From: Antedon mediterranea
Taxonomy: Eukaryota > Animalia > Echinodermata
Assembly: GCF_964355755.1 (NCBI RefSeq)
Contig: NC_092672.1
Coordinates: forward strand, 26,542,437-26,606,436
Reading direction: 5' to 3'
DNA length: 64,000 nt
Part shown: positions 58,576-64,000 of the stretch, in pieces
Position numbering within the stretch: the first letter of the stretch is position 1
Layout of the letters: each line of letters opens with the position of its first letter
The notes under the pieces: model-generated
Databases searched by the model: none
What the model saw: the letters and a program-made list of their open reading frames with translations, nothing else
What the model was told of the DNA's origin: nothing
Translations under genes and position numbers: made by a program

Positions 58576-61500
58576 AAAATATGCTTGCTTTGTGATCATT
58601 TAAGCTTAAAATACGAAACCATTTTCTGTTTTACAGCAGTCTTTTTAAAAAAAGCTTTGCAAAAAATGAAACATGTAGGCATTATGTCTATACATAAGAG
58701 ATTCTATATAATCTTGAGCAAAGAAACATAAAATCAGCAAACTGAAAAAAATTTAATCTAAAGCAAACAAATGCTTAAATTGTCAGACAATGGTTTTTGG
58801 TTATAATTAACTGTTTCTTTTGTGAAATAATTTTTTTTGTACAGAAGTGAATAACTTTAAGCATGTTTAATTCAGATTCAGATTCAGATAACATTTATTC
58901 AGATAATAATGAATGAACATATACAAAATAGAAAAAAGATATTAAAGTGAACATAGATAAAGCAGTAATTGGTAGTCACTATTATCCCAGTCCCACAAAC
59001 AAAACACATTACTAAAAATAAAAATAAACATAGAGTATATAATTATATAATTGAGGATAAACATTACAGTATAATAACATAACTAACATCTTCTTTAATT
59101 TAATTATTTAAAATTATATTTCTATATTTTCATGATATAAATGAAATAAATACCGACATCGGTAAATGAAAAAAATATATACACATATACATACATACAT
59201 ACATAATTGAAAGTGATTACATTAAAAAACATGGACACTATGACAACATTTTCAAAAAAACTATTTCTAAATAAGAAATATTTATTACAACAAACGGCGC
59301 TTGACTGTTTGACGTAACAATTTCAATTATTTTTCTTTCTTCAGAAATAATGATTTATTTTCAATTATTTTTTTTAACAATCTGCAGTAAACATGTTGTG
59401 TAAATATAGTCTGGCCAACAAAAATATAACAATAAACTAAAATACAGTAATGAACTTGAATGTACATATTCCAGGGTAGGGGAATTACTCCCTAAGGTCA
59501 TAGTAATCCGGCCCGCATACTATACTAGGTAGGCCTATAACGATGATGCAAAATTAAAAATTATTATTTTTCGAGCAAATTATACATTGCTTGTTAGTAT
59601 TTTGTTTTAATATTTTAATAAAGAAAGAATTATGAAAATCTGACTTGTAATTTTCGGAATATAGGGTCAAAAACATCACCGTGTTTATTTAACCTCATTC
59701 AAAGAATTTCAGTAAATTATTTTTCCACGTAATGGACAATCCTTAGAGACAACGTGATTTCAGGGCATATGTGAGGAAATGTGTACGAAGTGTGTTGATT
59801 CGCGTCAGCCAATCAAAGGGTGAGAATTTAAAAATAGACTCTCTTTTCTCAGATGTACTTTGGTTCGAGCAGCATGGGCCTATAAATTAGTCGAGTATAC
59901 AAATTCTCACAAACCGATGTTAATCGTAATTATACAGTTTCCTAATGATTCCGTCCTACAGGCGCGGCGCGAAAAATCAGCCAGTGTTGTTTTGATACAT
60001 TACACTTTTTAATTCATTCATTCATTCATAATAACATTTATTTCTTATCTTCCAAAGTAAACAAAATAACAATTTAAATATAAATAAGGAGGCAAAACCC
60101 AGAAAGTAATAACATTTGGAGGTATTAAGTATGTATACTCAATAAAAACACCAGAAATAGAAAGATCTGGAAAATTTACAAAAAAACATTTAACATTTTT
60201 TTCTTTTAAACATTTACATTTTTTTTAAAGTTAAGAAAAGAAATTTTTATGATTATTGAAATATTTCACCTCTTTTGCATGTAAAAGAATGGGAAATTAC
60301 ATGATATCCCCCAAATAGCAGAAGGGCGTGATTTTCAAGAAAATTGGATACATTGAAAACAATTTCAAAAAAAGGATACAGTTGAATAAAAATGTGTTAA
60401 ACAATCTTTTTAGAAAGACCTTTGTTAAAAAAGAAATATGTTTGTCTAAAAGCATTCTATATTTCATTATTGTCATCGTTGTTATTAGTAGTCTTGTATT
60501 CGTTCTACTTTTATTTCTTTTGTAGACATTTTACCCACTTTCATTTATAAAATTAACATAAGCATAATATTTACTATAATATATCTTATACATAATAATA
60601 GTGTTACCATAATTATAGTTTTCTTAAATTCATATCTTTATCTAGTTTTTATTTATTGCATTTTTTATAACAATAATAGTTTTAACTTAATGTTTGTATA
60701 ATACATATGTAATAACATTTTCATTAATACCTTATATTCTTTATCTATTTTATTTTTTATATTTTATAGAAATATTTATAACATTTTCTCTTGAAATTTT
60801 CTTATACATAATTATAATTGTTTATGTGTGTTGTTCTTTTACATTTAAAAGGATAATATTTAGTTAAAAAGATAACTTATTTAATAAAATGTTATTCATA
60901 TTATTATAATCACAATTTAAAATCGTTTTACTGTTCTCTGCTCCCTGTTACAAATGCTAGTTAAGTGAAGTATTGTTTGAAATTATATTTAATGCCGATG
61001 ATAACTTTGTTAACATGAAATAAGGCAACTTACATACATCAGAATAGTGTTGGATTTGGATGGAACAATTGAGTTAACGTTACCATTGTCATTTGCAAAA
61101 AATAAGAAATAAATAGGAATAATCTAGTTTTAAATCTATTCAGTTTTACAAACATTGATTATTTACATTTAGTATGTGCCTTTTTTAACAATAATTGTAT
61201 GATTTAGTAATGTACTGTTGTAACATACATTTTACGCTTTAGAAAAGAACAAATGCTTATGTGTTTCATTCCTTTAATCGATCTTTCAGATCTCCTAAAA
61301 TCCCCTTATCGAATGGATGAATTATAGTATGTGTTAAGTATTCAGTGGAACATGAAATTGCAATTTCTGTCCAGGATTCAATATACTGTAACTGCCAACA
61401 TGATTTACAACCCATTGAAACTAATATTATTTGAATACTATTTTTAATATAGTTAAAACTAGTACTAGATTAGATATTTGATTCTACTAACGAAGTAGAT

Positions 61501-61943
61501 ATGATCGATGCAATATTCAATATAGTCAAAAAGTGATCAGTATTCTATTAGACTCGGGATAATATCCAGTTTCCTGTGCACATAATACCAGTACTGTATG
61601 AAGGACTCGGAATCAAATCGAGTGGGAGAATTCAAATAACAACACTGCGTTGCGACCGGTTAGACATGTTCTCATGATTCAATTACATTTGAAATTGCAA
61701 AATAAACATAATTTCCAAAGTTGAAAGAGGAATAATTTTACGAAACATTATGGATTACTAAAGAATTTAAAATCGTAAATGACGATTTTTTTAATGATTC
61801 ACATGTGTACTAATCAAATTTATTTCAAGGAAATAAGAAACAATTATAAAGGAAAACTAATCTAATATGGACTTTTGAGAAATCTATTTCTTGCGAAATT
61901 AAAATATCGAGCATGCAATATACAATAACAAACAAGAGCGCCA

Positions 61944-62402
61944 CTGGCAGCAAAGATTGTATAGCGGCGCTACGCGGCGCAAGATAGATAACTGTTGTCA
62001 AGCCTCTATCTTATAACACTACGCGCCCAGTAAATCCATGGACGCAATTCAGGTTGACAGGTTATTATTGTGACTTAAATGTAAATGGTTTAAATTTTGC
62101 GGTCCGCCTCGAAGTATCTGTGGTTAACCATCTTGAGGATTGATTCATGGAAAAGGGAAGAAATTATGTAAACAAAGTAAAATAAAAGTTTCTTTGGGAT
62201 CTGGACACTTTCCGATTAATTCTGTGTCTTTACATTGAAATGCTTGGTTAGACAACTTCGTTCTTTGACCGAAACATCGTACGATATTGCCTTGACAACG
62301 ACTTTATTCCTGTTCAAATTTTTCCGCCGGAATGGCGTCCATGGATTACAAACGTTACCTATCTTGCGCCGCGTAGCAGCGCTATACAATCTTTGCTGGC
62401 AG
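61944..62402. repeat. ~45-bp inverted repeat pair within a probable non-autonomous element
   Basis: CAGCAAAGATTGTATAGCGGCGCTACGCGGCGCAAGATAG versus CTATCTTGCGCCGCGTAGCAGCGCTATACAATCTTTGCTG. Confidence 0.6.
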
Positions 62403-62505
62403 CAGGTCATCGACCATGATGTACTGAATTATTTCGAACATAAATGCCGAACCGGATGGAGGTATAGTAATCTCATGCGCTCATCATTTATTACAAAATA
62501 CATAA

Positions 62506-64000
62506 TAGTACAGGCTATATGTGACATTTATCCTATGTAACCTTGAAAAAATTCTAATAAAAGGTCTTTTGGTATTTTCTTGTAGCTTTAGGTGTGAATA
62601 AATACCAAAAAATTTTTGCAGCCTTCTAGTTGCTGCGTTAGTGAGATATTGAGGGTCAAAGGTCAGTGACCTTTTTGTGGCATTTGATGGCTCATAACTC
62701 CTCAACTCCTGGGTTTAAAAAGACAAATGTGGTGTCTACATCTATGTTTTAGTGGTCAAACAACAAAATAAAGTTTTTGCAAATTTCAGGTTACTTGTGC
62801 CATTGGTCAGATAGTCGGGTCAAAGGTCATTGACCTTTATTCATTAATAACTAATGCTAGTCTAGGACCTGGGTAAGATTTATATGCATTCAATTTAGGA
62901 GAGAATATCTCAACTGTTATAGGATAATTAGACCCCAAGGAACAACATGGGATATGTGCCAAATTCGCTATTGGGGCAAACATGCCCAAAATCGGGGTCA
63001 AAGGTTAAAAATGTGTGGTTCTTATATCTCGACAACCACTTGTAATACAGATTTGCTTTTGGTGTCAAATTGCTCAGAATATACATATTTATATTCAGTC
63101 TAACACAACTTTTACCCCAAAAAATGACCGGAAATGCTTTTACTGACCTTTGACCAAACTTACTTACTTAATGTCTTAAGTGGGTGCCATGATAATTTGT
63201 CTCCACACATCTCTATCAAGCATGCTCTTTCTCAGTTCACTCAGGTCTAGTTTGGTATCTTTCAACAGAATGTCAAGCCAAGTCAGTTGAGGTCTTCCCA
63301 CTTTCCTTTTCTCTTCTGGTTCCCAAAGGAGAACTCTTGAGGCAGGCTCAGAGCTTCTCATAACATGACCGGCCAGGCCCATGCGACGTCTTTGAATGAT
63401 GTTCTATTGCTGATCCATCCAGTGCGAGAGTTATAGAAGGTGATGAGGGGTTTAAATGTATGAATTGGGTCTTCTTGATGTTTAAGTATAAACCTATACC
63501 TTGTGTGGCTTGTTGAATTCTGTGCAGTAGATTTTCGGCAGCATGTATGGAATCTTCAAGAATGGCGATGTCATCGGCAAAGTCCAGGTCTGGTAGTACT
63601 TCAGCTGGATGTCTTCTACTACGCCTACGGTGGAGGTTGAGACCGTCTGATGATGTAGTTGCTGATCGCATTGCGTAGTCAAGGCAGACAATAAACAAGA
63701 ATCGAGCAAGAGGGTCTCCTTGAAGTACGCCAGAGTCGATGTTGAAGCAATCAGTCTCACCATCTGGAGTCAGGACAACTGCTGATGTATTGATATACAT
63801 TACTCTGATGGCTTCTACAATTTTATGAGGGAAGCCGTATGCTAAGAGGATCTTCATCATGATGTTGCGATTGATGGAATCAAAGGCTTTGCGAAAGTCA
63901 ATAAAGATAATGACTGCCTCCTTGTGATGGTTCTTACCTCTTCAACAATTCTCCTCAGTGCAAGAATGTGGGTAGTTGTTGATCGAGCCTGACGAAAGCC
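62506..64000. mobile_element. Second copy of the Academ-like TIR element with the same RTE LINE insertion (runs off the window)
   Basis: 62506-63158 is near-identical to 16659-17318 but has a different 5' flank. The LINE tail starts at 63159 after TGACCAAA. Confidence 0.85.
63159..64000 (-). mobile_element. RTE LINE 3' portion with internal deletion
   Basis: Same RT sequence as 17319-18490 (GVLQGDPL, FADD), with a ~330-bp internal deletion near 63400. Confidence 0.88.

Overview
AT-rich eukaryotic (animal) genomic DNA with GT-AG introns; the gene and repeat content suggests a marine invertebrate (inference). Two paralogous ~1.3k-aa single-exon ORFs bracket the window (708-4529 and 54691-58575). 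Each fuses a stonustoxin-type (MACPF/CDC-like) pore-forming N-terminus, two FN3 domains, an AIG1/septin-like P-loop GTPase and a Cys-rich/coiled-coil tail. Between them lie a PAN/Apple-fibrinogen gene apparently missing its central exon(s), and a 3'-truncated DNAJC11 copy (transposon in exon 8 plus a nonsense codon) directly abutting the 3' LIM exons of an LPP/zyxin gene. The mobile-element landscape is dense. It includes Academ-type TAG...CTA elements with 3-bp TSDs: one carries an RTE LINE inside its TIR and occurs twice with the same junction, and another is a near-complete palindrome of transposase sequence. It also includes a 9-bp-TSD TIR element with nested insertions, TTAA MITEs, LTR/gag, CR1/L2, Tx1 and Penelope fragments (with a hammerhead remnant), tRNA-derived SINEs and tandem repeats. 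All calls come from reading the sequence by eye; no database searches were run.
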